Source: Bdellovibrionota bacterium (GTDB taxonomy: Bacteria > Bdellovibrionota > Bacteriovoracia > Bacteriovoracales > Bacteriovoracaceae). From it: a stretch of DNA of 64,000 nt. The notes beneath the pieces are model-generated. The model was not told the DNA's origin and did not search any database. It saw nothing but the letters and a program-made list of their open reading frames with translations. The position numbers and the translations under genes are program-made. This document shows, one piece after another, positions 1 through 8,890 of the stretch; within the stretch, counting starts at the first letter, position 1; every line of letters starts with the position of its first letter. Location of the stretch: assembly GCA_040387275.1 (NCBI GenBank), contig JAZKDZ010000002.1:390480-454479 (forward strand), given 5' to 3'.

Positions 1-337
1 TCTGGATTTTCTTTTCGAGATTATGGTTTCCGGCAATGACATGGACTTTTTTGACAGTGGATTTGTGCCCTTTTTTCACGTGCAGAACACCCTCTTTCAC
101 TTCGAAATGGGGATTCAAATAGCCACGGGATTGCAGGAAACCTTTGAGGATAAACTGGGCCTCATAGGGAGGGATATACTTCCATGCGTGAGATTTTTTA
201 TCTCCGCAGATAAGGTTCAGTTCTGTGTCAGAAAAATCAATCTTTTTCCCGGTAATTTTCACCGTAGGACAATAAGTCGCATCAGCGAAAACGGCCGAGG
301 TGAAAGTCATCAGGAGTACGAGAAGAATCAACTTCAT
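1..337 (-). CDS. Partial CDS (N-terminus only; gene continues off the 5' edge of the window): secreted protein with signal peptide MKLILLVLLMTFTSAVFA
   Basis: The reverse complement of 1..337 translates without stops from an ATG at 335-337 as MKLILLVLLMTFTSAVFADATYCPTVKITGKK... The hydrophobic leader and AxA cleavage-like site are visible. It is absent from the ORF track because it is truncated by the window edge. Confidence 0.35.
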   Translation of the reverse strand, partial: MKLILLVLLMTFTSAVFADATYCPTVKITGKKIDFSDTELNLICGDKKSHAWKYIPPYEAQFILKGFLQSRGYLNPHFEVKEGVLHVKKGHKSTVKKVHVIAGNHNLEKKIQ

Positions 338-379
338 GACAGGAAAGGTGCAAAGTGAAGACCAATGCTCAGGAAGCGG

Positions 380-892
380 TCAGCTGATTTTCAGTTGATT
401 GATAATCTTATTAACACCGGGCACATTATGAATAAGATCCTCAGCGAGCCAGCGTGCATCACGTGACCTGACGTAACCCTCAAGATGCACTTCATCACCG
501 ATCACATTAACGTCGATGAATGAGGCATCCAGATTACGATCGGCAGTCAATCTCTGGCAGATATCTTCTTCAATCCTCTCAGAAGATCTCACGTAATTCT
601 TTGGACCTTTGCCGGAATATTTTCCGGTACCGTTAATGTCTTTCGGCGTGTAATCAGCGTAATCATCTTCGTCCAGTCGGGAACCATAACCATCTTTTCT
701 GATAATAGAAGATTTATTATAAAAGTCCCGGAGATGACCTCCTAGACTTCCTTCAAAAGATTCTTCGCTCAGATTGAAACGATTGGAACGAGTCCTGTTG
801 GGATACATGTCCCGGTTAAGATCACGATCGCTTTCGTCTATATCACCTCTGATGCCCATACTGACCTTTCGTAATGAATCTGCGGGAAACAT
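380..892 (-). CDS. BON domain-containing protein (OsmY-like), acidic/low-complexity N-terminal half
   Basis: The C-terminal ~60 aa (FIDVNVIGDEVHLEGYVRSRDARWLAEDLIHNVPGVNKIINQLKI) match the BON domain pattern. Confidence 0.55.
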   Translation of the reverse strand: MFPADSLRKVSMGIRGDIDESDRDLNRDMYPNRTRSNRFNLSEESFEGSLGGHLRDFYNKSSIIRKDGYGSRLDEDDYADYTPKDINGTGKYSGKGPKNYVRSSERIEEDICQRLTADRNLDASFIDVNVIGDEVHLEGYVRSRDARWLAEDLIHNVPGVNKIINQLKIS

Positions 893-955
893 AATTCATC
901 ACTTTTTTAAACACAGCGAGTTTCAAAATATTCAGGATGAAGTTCATATCAACTC

Positions 956-1369
956 CTAATGAAGATAGTTTTCAATCATTGCCAGATGTCGTTCCTGGCA
1001 AGGGATGAGTTCAGCACGAATGACTTCTTTCACTTCAGCTCTTACACCGTCATCCATCAGGGCTTCCTGATATTCATTCAAACCATGTTGCTCACCGATT
1101 TTTAAAGCATTGATAGCGGCCTTATCGCCAAAGACAGATGCTCCACCAGCAAAGGCAGTTGCAAATGTTCCCCACGGGCCTGACGTTTCCGTATTTCCTT
1201 CGAGAGTGGCGCCGGCAAATCTCTTGAGGGTTTCCACGGCATTCTGGTGATCCTGACGAATCTGAGAAAGCTCAGTCAGTTCACTCTGATCTTTCACCCG
1301 GTTGATAACCGTGTCGAAGCTTTCGACTGCAGAAATCTCACCCCGGATCAGTTCTTCAATATTTTTCAT
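956..1369 (-). CDS. DUF2383 / PA2169-family ferritin-like four-helix-bundle protein
   Basis: The 137-aa protein is predicted helical, and the motif pattern (TLEGNTETSGPWGTFATAFAGGAS...LKIGEQHG) is typical of this stress-associated family. Confidence 0.45.
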   Translation of the reverse strand: MKNIEELIRGEISAVESFDTVINRVKDQSELTELSQIRQDHQNAVETLKRFAGATLEGNTETSGPWGTFATAFAGGASVFGDKAAINALKIGEQHGLNEYQEALMDDGVRAEVKEVIRAELIPCQERHLAMIENYLH

Positions 1370-1455
1370 AAATCCCTCCTGGAATTATTATCCTGATGTA
1401 ATTTTTCCGGCCGCAGAGGATGCGGTAAATGAAGGTGAACCTAATTATAGATGAG

Positions 1456-1887
1456 CTATTTGATCAAAGGACAGGATTGAGACTGAAAGGCAGAAGCACA
1501 GGCACCTGGAGCGCAATGAATTTCCTGAACATTAAGAGAATCCTGACAGTGAAGGAAGATCACTTCAGTTGCTTTCCCCTGACAGTGTCCGACTTCATCT
1601 TTCTCATTCAGGAGAAAGTGGGAGATGAAAAAAATATTTCCCTGATTTTCAGTCAGCTTACCCTGAACATTTTTTGCCAGGCATGTAGCTGGCCACTTGG
1701 GAGTGCCGTAATAAGGATCATGCGATTGCTCGAAAAGAAAATGGATGTAATTCCATTTATTCCGCACATTGTTTCTGGCCTCTTTGGCAGAAGGAAAAGT
1801 CCTTGTCGTAACCTTTGCTTCAGTAGGAAGTGTCGAAACTTTATGAGCGCAGCTGAATAAAAACAGTAGCGAAAGAATTCTAATCAT
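1456..1887 (-). CDS. Cys-rich lipoprotein, hypothetical
   Basis: Signal peptide plus lipobox (LLFLFSCAHK). It overlaps by 8 nt the P460-family gene upstream on the same strand, which suggests an operon. The alternative +strand ORF 1429..1860 has no protein-like features. Confidence 0.4.
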   Translation of the reverse strand: MIRILSLLFLFSCAHKVSTLPTEAKVTTRTFPSAKEARNNVRNKWNYIHFLFEQSHDPYYGTPKWPATCLAKNVQGKLTENQGNIFFISHFLLNEKDEVGHCQGKATEVIFLHCQDSLNVQEIHCAPGACASAFQSQSCPLIK

Positions 1888-2752
1888 AAAGGCAGAATTT
1901 ATTTACGACTGGATTGCCACTTTGATCAGTGGAAATAGAAGTCATCTGAGTTGTGTCCATACAGTCATCACTCTTTCCCGGATAGACGAGAACAAAGCGT
2001 TTCTCATCTTTGGAAGCGAAGATCGCCGGAAGTTTTGATTTGAGAGATTCGTGCTCAAGAAGTGGTTTCATCTCATCGAGAGTTCCCTGGAAAACATGCT
2101 TCCGGAGAATTTCAATTTCCACCCAGCGCACTTCTTTTGCCCATGATGGGATCTGATTTCTGATCTGGGCGGGAAGAGCAGAAACGGCCTTCGTCACGTA
2201 ATTGATGGTGTTCACCTTCTTCTCATCCTGAGTGAAGATCGGTTTTACGTAACGGGTGGTAGAAAAATGCTGTGAGAAAACATCTCCGCGATTTTCAACG
2301 ATCGTGTGACAGGCGTAACAGGCATCCTGCGTGATTTTCGGGTCTTCGTTAAAGGTCTTACCTTCCGGATCGAAAAGCGCGTATCCCCAGCCATTGGTCG
2401 AAGCATAGGCCTTGCGATTTTTTACCATCAACTGATAACGGCGGATTCCTTTCGGCACAACAGAACTGATGAACTGAGGATCAACACCGGTATGAATTCC
2501 GGTTTTTGCGAAAACTGAACCTTCCGGATAATCCGTCTTCCCTTCTTTCAAGGCTTTCATCGCTATGGGATTAGCATAGGTAATCCGCATCTCTCCCGTG
2601 TCCTTACGAAAGCGAATGGTGACGAGTTCCCATTTCTCAGGAAAGTTTTTGAAAGATTTCCAAGCAATGCCATTTATCTCATCTTTGCCGGAAAAATCCG
2701 GTGACGCAAAAGACTGGCCTGCGATAACAAGGAGAAATAGAAGTGTTTTCAT
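1880..2752 (-). CDS. Cytochrome P460-family protein (secreted haem c protein)
   Basis: Signal peptide MKTLLFLLVIAGQSFA, and a single CxxCH haem-binding motif (CYACH) near the C-terminal third, as in cytochrome P460/c'-beta. The start is placed at the internal Met preceding the signal peptide. Confidence 0.5.
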   Translation of the reverse strand: MKTLLFLLVIAGQSFASPDFSGKDEINGIAWKSFKNFPEKWELVTIRFRKDTGEMRITYANPIAMKALKEGKTDYPEGSVFAKTGIHTGVDPQFISSVVPKGIRRYQLMVKNRKAYASTNGWGYALFDPEGKTFNEDPKITQDACYACHTIVENRGDVFSQHFSTTRYVKPIFTQDEKKVNTINYVTKAVSALPAQIRNQIPSWAKEVRWVEIEILRKHVFQGTLDEMKPLLEHESLKSKLPAIFASKDEKRFVLVYPGKSDDCMDTTQMTSISTDQSGNPVVNKFCLYD

Positions 2753-2869
2753 TGGGACAAGTATATTACGGACGCCGGCAGGAAAAGAAGGAAAGAATAC
2801 CTGTCTGTAACAGTCGGTAGAGTGACGAACTCTTTCTGTCATGAAATAGTTTTTGAAAACGGAGAAATA

Positions 2870-3274
2870 ATGAAAATTTTAACAACTTTGATGGTTCTCA
2901 TCAGTATTCCTGCCCTGGCCGGTGATCACATGGTCTGTTCTTATCAGAAAGGCCAGATCATCTCTCTCCGAACCGGTCTTCGGGTCGCACGTACCTTTCA
3001 ACCGAAAGTGATGGAAGTCTTGCGCATTGAAGGAAACATTGAGGGAAATAAAATTGCTCTTCACTCACTCATGGATAATTTCCACTCGGCCATTGGTCAG
3101 AGTGGCTGCATGGGTTCTGAAAGAGAGGGAATGAATTGTTTCTCACTCAGGATGATTCGTCCTCAAATGATGAACTTCACTATGTATCAGGCGAATAAGC
3201 AGATGGTTCTCGTTAAATCACTTCCTGTTCCAGGTGGAGCAATTCAGGAAGATGAGTATCTCTGCCAGTTCTAA
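2870..3274 (+). CDS. Secreted hypothetical protein
   Basis: A GGAG RBS sits 7 nt upstream of ATG 2870. Signal peptide MKILTTLMVLISIPALA. Confidence 0.4.
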   Translation: MKILTTLMVLISIPALAGDHMVCSYQKGQIISLRTGLRVARTFQPKVMEVLRIEGNIEGNKIALHSLMDNFHSAIGQSGCMGSEREGMNCFSLRMIRPQMMNFTMYQANKQMVLVKSLPVPGGAIQEDEYLCQF

Positions 3275-3756
3275 GAAATTAAGCCGATAAAAAACTGGAA
3301 CATCATCCAGCTGAGATAAATGACAGCAAAAAGAGTCATGAGGATCAGCAGGATGATCGCCAGCAGAATGACCCGTGAAGTGACCGACACTTTTTCGGGA
3401 TTTTTCATCTGGTCTTCAAGAATCTTCACATTCCGGTTATTCGACTGGAACCAGAAATCAAAAATACTTCCCAGGACAGGAATCATGTCGACCAGATTCT
3501 CGAAGAGAATATTCATACCCATTCTGATCAGTGTGGCGGGAGTCGCTCCTAACTGAGCAGCACTGACGAGAATAGAAAACGAAATAAGTGTAGTGATTAT
3601 ATCCCCGAGAAACGGCACGAATCCCAGAATACCATCCAGACCAAAACGGATACCAAATGGACCTTCAAATTTTGAGTCCATTAACTGGCCCAGCATTCTC
3701 ACACGTTGAAGAGTCTTCTGATCTTTTTCGTTCATCATACTTCCATCATACAACAA
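3271..3756 (-). CDS. DUF4112 family membrane protein
   Basis: The conserved core FGLDGILGFVPFLGDIITTLISFSIL plus a C-terminal TM helix are characteristic of DUF4112. Confidence 0.5.
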   Translation of the reverse strand: MLYDGSMMNEKDQKTLQRVRMLGQLMDSKFEGPFGIRFGLDGILGFVPFLGDIITTLISFSILVSAAQLGATPATLIRMGMNILFENLVDMIPVLGSIFDFWFQSNNRNVKILEDQMKNPEKVSVTSRVILLAIILLILMTLFAVIYLSWMMFQFFIGLIS

Positions 3757-3830
3757 ATTTATGTTGGTACATCAATTGCTTCTCTCACTGTAGTCATAGG
3801 ACCAGAAGGGTCTGTGAAAAGGAGCATTTT

Positions 3831-4328
3831 ATGAAACCAGTGAAGTCAATTGTCCTGCTTGCAGCGGGAGCACTCGCACTCAGTGCGTGTGACATGAAGA
3901 AAAAGGAAACGCAGACATCAACAGTGGGAACCGGAGCTGCTACGACGGAAGCAACGACAACCACGACGACAGCTGTTCCGGCAGCACCGGCAACTACTAC
4001 TGAACCAGTCGTTGCACCGGTGGGCGGAGCGGCCGTTCACAATCATTCAACTGAAGCAGGTTCCGGGGCCGTCAGTGATGAAGCCATGACCGAAGATAAT
4101 CTTTCTGCTGAACCGGAAAGTTATGATTCTATGAATGATGAAGTGGAAGAACAGGAAGCCTATCCTGATTCTGTCAGACAAGGTACCGGCGCCGGTGACA
4201 ACTACGAATACGTAGATGAAACCAGCTCAGAACCTGATGATGTCAGAGGTGGCAGAGATGCCCGTATGGTTCCGAGAAACAATGAGATTGATAATTCCTC
4301 ATCCGAACCGGATATGGAACGTCAGTAG
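3831..4328 (+). CDS. Lipoprotein with Thr/Ala-rich linker and highly acidic C-terminal region
   Basis: GGAG RBS, then MKPVKSIVLLAAGALALSAC (lipobox). A T/A-rich low-complexity stretch is followed by a D/E-rich tail. Confidence 0.5.
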   Translation: MKPVKSIVLLAAGALALSACDMKKKETQTSTVGTGAATTEATTTTTTAVPAAPATTTEPVVAPVGGAAVHNHSTEAGSGAVSDEAMTEDNLSAEPESYDSMNDEVEEQEAYPDSVRQGTGAGDNYEYVDETSSEPDDVRGGRDARMVPRNNEIDNSSSEPDMERQ

Positions 4329-5262
4329 TGCGATGAAAAAGCAGGGCATTGTCCCTGCTTTTTTTCTCTTCACTTTTTTCAGAGACAAGATTATTCAGAA
4401 CTCCGAGCGTGAACTGAAGTGAGAGCTGAATCGTTTCACTCACTTTATCAACTTGCGCGATATCGGGATTTATTTCCACAAGATCCATGGAGACTAATCG
4501 TCCTGTTTGTCCCAGAAGAGATCCGAGTTTAAGGATTTCATTCCGACGGGGACCGTTCATGACTCTCGTTCCCGTCGCCTCCACATCATTTCCATCAAAT
4601 ACGTCGACATCAAAGGAGAGATGGATTCTGCACTTCCTCTCCGGATCAGCAATTCTGAGTGCATGCTGAAGAAGAAGCTCAGATCCAAATTCATTGATAT
4701 CATCTGATGAATAATACTGAATGCCGGCATCTTCGATAATTGCCTTTTCTTCCGAATCCAGGTCACGAGGCCCCATATAAATAAGACGATTCGCTGGAAG
4801 TCTTTTCCTGAGCCACTGAAAATCTTCTCTCCCCTGACATCCATTCATAAGAAATGATAGTGGCATGCCATGAAAATTTCCGCTCGATGAACTAAGAGGA
4901 GTGTTGATATCCCCATGAGCATCAACCCAAACCACAATCAGATCAGGATAGTGATGAAGAAGTCCGTGAATCGTTCCGAGCGCAAGACCGTGATCTCCCC
5001 CGACATTCAGGAGGAAGGAATCTTTGAGATTTTCTCCTGCAATGACTTCCGAGATGAGGGCATTTCCGAGACCGCAGAGTTTTTCATTTTTAATGATGCC
5101 GGATGTATGTTCCCCACAGAGGGAGAAATCAAGATCGCCGAGATCATCAATTTCGAGTTCATCATTCCGGAGTTCATTCCTTAATATGTCTGGTGCATGC
5201 TCCACTCCGCAAAGAGGCTGACCGGCAGAAAAAGGAATACCTAAAAATTTAATGTGTTTCAT
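4243..5262 (-). CDS. rocF: Arginase (ureohydrolase family)
   Basis: Mn-binding motifs GGDHGLALGT, VDAHGDINTP (the arginase-type DAHxDINTP signature) and SFDVDVFD. The start is chosen at the internal Met (MKHIKFLGIP), 14 nt inside the upstream acyltransferase gene. Confidence 0.8.
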   Translation of the reverse strand: MKHIKFLGIPFSAGQPLCGVEHAPDILRNELRNDELEIDDLGDLDFSLCGEHTSGIIKNEKLCGLGNALISEVIAGENLKDSFLLNVGGDHGLALGTIHGLLHHYPDLIVVWVDAHGDINTPLSSSSGNFHGMPLSFLMNGCQGREDFQWLRKRLPANRLIYMGPRDLDSEEKAIIEDAGIQYYSSDDINEFGSELLLQHALRIADPERKCRIHLSFDVDVFDGNDVEATGTRVMNGPRRNEILKLGSLLGQTGRLVSMDLVEINPDIAQVDKVSETIQLSLQFTLGVLNNLVSEKSEEKKSRDNALLFHRTTDVPYPVRMRNYQSHCFSEPYGHLCHL

Positions 5263-6025
5263 ATGCTTTCCGGATTTTATCGTGGGCTTCATCTTTCATT
5301 TGAAAATGATCTTTCCCATCAGGTTGAATGTCGGAATGAGAAACCAGACTGACAGAGATATTTTTTAAGGAAGCGATTTCCATAAAATGAGACAGGAATC
5401 CCATCTCGCCATACCAGGGAATGAGAGAGCGACTCTCCCCCAGGTATTTGAGAACCAGAGGTTTCACAGCAACATTATTTTCAGTTGCGAGCTGAAAGAA
5501 ATGCGCCTTGAAAGGAAGAACACATTTTCCATCTGAGCTGGTGCCTTCAGGAAAAAGGAAAACATTGAATCCCTGTTCGATCCGCATTTTCATCGCACGA
5601 AGCTCCTGCTGAATATTATCAGGAGTTCGCAGGTGCTTCCTTCTTTCCACAAAAAAACAGCCCGCAAGATTTGTTATTTGTCCCAGGAAAGGAGTATTCC
5701 TGATCTCACGGGATGTAATGAAGAGAGATGGATAAAAAGCAAACAAAACCAGAACATCAATATAGGAAAGGTGATTACAAATGATAAGCCGGCCTTTCAG
5801 GAGTTCCGGCTTATCATCTGTAAAAATTTCGACACCAAGATATTTCAGAACCAAACGCGCGTGAAAAGCATTACTCCGAAGAATGACTTTGAGTCTTTTT
5901 CTGGAACTCCGGATAAGGAGAAAAATGACCGAGTGAAGAAAGAGGAAGATCATCACATGGATAAAGAAGAGGGAGGCTTTTCCCAGTGACCTGAAAGACA
6001 GGCCCCGCACATTGAAGTCAATCAT
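5249..6025 (-). CDS. olsA: Lysophospholipid acyltransferase (PlsC family); likely ornithine-lipid O-acyltransferase OlsA
   Basis: N-terminal TM segment, NHLSYIDVL (the HX4D catalytic motif) and FPEGTSS (the EGT motif). It lies immediately downstream of an OlsB-like gene. Confidence 0.65.
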   Translation of the reverse strand: MIDFNVRGLSFRSLGKASLFFIHVMIFLFLHSVIFLLIRSSRKRLKVILRSNAFHARLVLKYLGVEIFTDDKPELLKGRLIICNHLSYIDVLVLFAFYPSLFITSREIRNTPFLGQITNLAGCFFVERRKHLRTPDNIQQELRAMKMRIEQGFNVFLFPEGTSSDGKCVLPFKAHFFQLATENNVAVKPLVLKYLGESRSLIPWYGEMGFLSHFMEIASLKNISVSLVSHSDIQPDGKDHFQMKDEAHDKIRKAYETH

Positions 6026-6045
6026 TCCAGGTGCAAGGCCATCCT

Positions 6046-6870
6046 TCAGACAAACCTCCGTGCAAAAGATGCCGGAAGTTTTTTAAAATCAAGAACCGTA
6101 AAGAAATCGAGGCAATCCATTTCCTCGTCGTAAGCTAGCTGGTCACTCATTTTCGCTCCCGCCAGAAGATACATGTTCATGAGAGATGGCATGGAACGAA
6201 AATCCGGAGCAATCATCCGGGATAAATTAAGTTGAGGATGTGAGGAGAGAAGATAAGGCTTTCTCACTCTTACATCGTATTCGGAAAGAATCGCATCACG
6301 TTTTTCGAGCTGTTCGAAGACAAAGGGAAGAGCTTCAAACTCTTTCCGGGCGAGACTTGAACAACCGAACATATAACGGGTATCGCTTTTCGTAGCGTAC
6401 TGACAAAGACCTTTCCAGAGAAGACTTATGACAGAGCCCGTACGATATTCACGATGGACACAGGCACGCCCGAGCTCGAGTTTGTTCCCGCGGATTTCGT
6501 TAAACTGAGAGAGATCAAACTCCCCTTCCGTATAAAAATTTTTCTTCTCTCCCTCTGCCTGAAAAAGAAGTCTATAGGTGGCAACGATGCTGCCGGTAGT
6601 TTTATCTTTAACCACAAGGTGATCACAGACAAAATCGTGAAGGTCGATATCATAGGGAAAAAAAGCGAAGCGATCACCACGGCCGGCAAACTCTCTTAAG
6701 AAAATGTCGTAGCGAAGTTTGACGATTTCTTTTAATTCCTCTGGATCAGAAATTGTTTCCACCAGAAAAGAATCTGTTTCGATGTGAACTTTAATCCGAG
6801 GTTCCATCATCCGGATTTTTCCCATCCTGAGAACGAGGGGAAACTTAGTCAACGTTTCGACGGCACCCAT
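6046..6870 (-). CDS. olsB: GNAT-family N-acyltransferase, hemolysin-like / ornithine lipid N-acyltransferase OlsB
   Basis: The length (~270 aa) and the architecture LRYDIFLREF...LELGRACVHREYR resemble Acetyltransf_5 (OlsB) proteins. It sits directly upstream of a PlsC-family gene. Confidence 0.6.
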   Translation of the reverse strand: MGAVETLTKFPLVLRMGKIRMMEPRIKVHIETDSFLVETISDPEELKEIVKLRYDIFLREFAGRGDRFAFFPYDIDLHDFVCDHLVVKDKTTGSIVATYRLLFQAEGEKKNFYTEGEFDLSQFNEIRGNKLELGRACVHREYRTGSVISLLWKGLCQYATKSDTRYMFGCSSLARKEFEALPFVFEQLEKRDAILSEYDVRVRKPYLLSSHPQLNLSRMIAPDFRSMPSLMNMYLLAGAKMSDQLAYDEEMDCLDFFTVLDFKKLPASFARRFV

Positions 6871-6989
6871 TGTGAACTCCCTGATAAGAAAATTTTCCCA
6901 TCAAGGTCCCTTTGTGGCCTGTTAAGTTAAAGTGAGGGTCTGGTTAAGAGAGAAATCCATGCCCCTCAATAGGGGCATGGATAATGGAT

Positions 6990-7877
6990 CTAAACTTGTG
7001 AATCACTGCGGTAAGTTTCATTTTTACGGAAAGGACCGATATCAAAATTCGTGAATTTCCCTATGAGTTCGTCTTTCAGCATTTTTACAGACTGATTAAT
7101 GGCATCCTGAAATTCCGAACTGAAAGTACTCATCTGATTGCCCAATTTCTGATCAATCAGAGTCTGCTCTTTTTCAGAGACCGGTAGAGAGATACCAGTG
7201 AGTGCACCCAGCCCTGCACCAATAGCCGCGAAAGTCATCGGATCAAGATTTTTCACCGTATCCATTTTCGTAGAGACAGTTTGTTTTACCTGATCAATAT
7301 TTTCTGAGGCATTCGAGGTGAAATCTTCAAAATTATTTTTGATTGTATCCACTTTGGAAGTCAGTGTATCTGAAACACTTGTCGCACCCAGTTCTCCGCC
7401 TTCCTGAAGGTCATACTCACCTGTGAGGTGCGTTTCCTTGAAACCGGTAATCTTGTCCTTCAGACCAGTGATTTTCTCTCTTGATTGATCGAGTTTTTCT
7501 TTCGTGCGATCAACAGCTCCCTGGAGTTTCTGATTCACATCAGCGACTTTATTTTTGACGACATCCAGCTGATCTTTTGACTGCCGGATCGCTGAAGATG
7601 AACGACTCCGGAGTTGCGATTCATAAGTCACATGAGAATCATTTTCCATGAGAAGCAATGTCCCGAGACTTAAAAAGGCAGTCCCGATCGGATTTGCGAT
7701 CAGATGGTCGTAAACGACGCGGGGATTTCTTCCGACAGGTGTAAAAAGGGCGTCATCAATGAACTGTCCCGGAGTCATTCTTCCCTGAATACTGTCGAGA
7801 TCATTATTTACTTTATTTAACTCGTGGAGAACTTCCCGTTTGAGCTCTCCTGAGGATTTATTGTCTCTTAAATTCAT
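6990..7877 (-). CDS. Hypothetical coiled-coil protein (partner of YqjE-like gene)
   Basis: Long coiled-coil/low-complexity region (QLDVVKNKVADVNQKLQGAVDRTKEKLDQSREKITGLKDKITGFKE) with a C-terminal hydrophobic patch AAIGAGLGALTGISL. The start is ambiguous (7877 or 7955). Confidence 0.35.
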   Translation of the reverse strand: MNLRDNKSSGELKREVLHELNKVNNDLDSIQGRMTPGQFIDDALFTPVGRNPRVVYDHLIANPIGTAFLSLGTLLLMENDSHVTYESQLRSRSSSAIRQSKDQLDVVKNKVADVNQKLQGAVDRTKEKLDQSREKITGLKDKITGFKETHLTGEYDLQEGGELGATSVSDTLTSKVDTIKNNFEDFTSNASENIDQVKQTVSTKMDTVKNLDPMTFAAIGAGLGALTGISLPVSEKEQTLIDQKLGNQMSTFSSEFQDAINQSVKMLKDELIGKFTNFDIGPFRKNETYRSDSQV

Positions 7878-8331
7878 GGATTCTCTCCTGGAAAGTGTTT
7901 TTAATCTGACCAAGGGCCTCAATCGACTGAGTGGGTACGAGTCCGCGACCGGCAATTTTTTTCTGGGCCCCTTTCACCATCACAAATCCGACTGCAAAAA
8001 GAACAACAGTGACAATGGCAGCAGCGATCCACGGAGCGACAACTGTACACAGTCCGAGAATGGCTGTAGCGGCCAGACAGAATACACCGACAAACATCAA
8101 TGATCCACCGGCGGCCATGGCCCCTGAAGCGGCCTTAACGACTGTCGCTTTTTCACTCAGCTCGGTTGAGATGAGAACTGACTGTCGTTCCCAGAGATTA
8201 GTCATGTCGGTCGAAAGTTTTTCAAACATCACTCCCCATCCCTCTCTTTCTCCGATGGTATCGATGCCCGCTGTTCCACCCGGGTAAAGCTGGTGAACGT
8301 TATTGTTTTCCTGATAGATATTTGGTTCCAT
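7858..8331 (-). CDS. Phage-holin-family / DUF1469 (YqjE-like) inner membrane protein
   Basis: Two TM helices with the characteristic APWIAAAIVTVVLFAVGFVMVKGAQKKI segment, matching the PF07332 pattern. Confidence 0.55.
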   Translation of the reverse strand: MEPNIYQENNNVHQLYPGGTAGIDTIGEREGWGVMFEKLSTDMTNLWERQSVLISTELSEKATVVKAASGAMAAGGSLMFVGVFCLAATAILGLCTVVAPWIAAAIVTVVLFAVGFVMVKGAQKKIAGRGLVPTQSIEALGQIKNTFQERIHEFKRQ

Positions 8332-8344
8332 TCTATTCTCCTTG

Positions 8345-8803
8345 TTAGTGAATATTTTCTGAGCCTGTTCTCATTGTTTTTCCGAGATGGCGCCCGAATC
8401 TTCCCAGGATCACTCCTGCGAAGTATGAAGCGCCAAACAGGATTGCTGGTTTTTTCTGACCCTCTTCTTCCACAAAGTGCATAAATTGTTCCGGAGAACT
8501 GGATGAAAGTTTTTCTTTCCAGCGTCCGATCCATTCGGCCCCATCTGTAAAATACTGGGAGATAAATTTGTCTGCTTCTGATGCCTCTTCATTCTGAAGA
8601 GAGCCTGCACCCGACTTCAGTGCTTTAGTCAGGGCATCGAGATACGGTGAGAAATCACTTTTATGTTTTGTTAAAACACTTAGTAGTGGATCAAGACTTT
8701 TCCTGCCCAGTTCTTTGAACTGATCTCTCTTTGCCTCAAACGGGGAATTATTAACCTCGTCTGAGAAATTGGTGTTTTCGGTATTACCGGTTTCATTAAT
8801 CAT
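8345..8803 (-). CDS. YqjD/ElaB-like (DUF883-like) membrane-anchored stress protein, putative
   Basis: Hydrophilic helical N-terminus and a single C-terminal hydrophobic anchor KPAILFGASYFAGVILGRFGR. It lies immediately upstream of the YqjE-like gene, as in the E. coli yqjDE cluster. Confidence 0.35.
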   Translation of the reverse strand: MINETGNTENTNFSDEVNNSPFEAKRDQFKELGRKSLDPLLSVLTKHKSDFSPYLDALTKALKSGAGSLQNEEASEADKFISQYFTDGAEWIGRWKEKLSSSSPEQFMHFVEEEGQKKPAILFGASYFAGVILGRFGRHLGKTMRTGSENIH

Positions 8804-8890
8804 AGGAACCTCCTGTGTCTGCTTGCTGATATTTAAGCAAGACAGATACCAAGAGGTTAGAAGGCACTTAATCCGTATTGATTAGATGCT

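Noticed and set aside
23-358. 111-aa +strand ORF at the window start
   Set aside because: The translation has no protein-like features. The opposite strand encodes a signal-peptide protein N-terminus running off the window edge, which explains the open frame.
1429-1860. 143-aa +strand ORF exactly antisense to the lipoprotein ORF 1456..1887
   Set aside because: The minus-strand frame has a signal peptide and lipobox and is operon-linked to the P460 gene. The plus frame is Cys/Arg-rich nonsense typical of an antisense shadow ORF.
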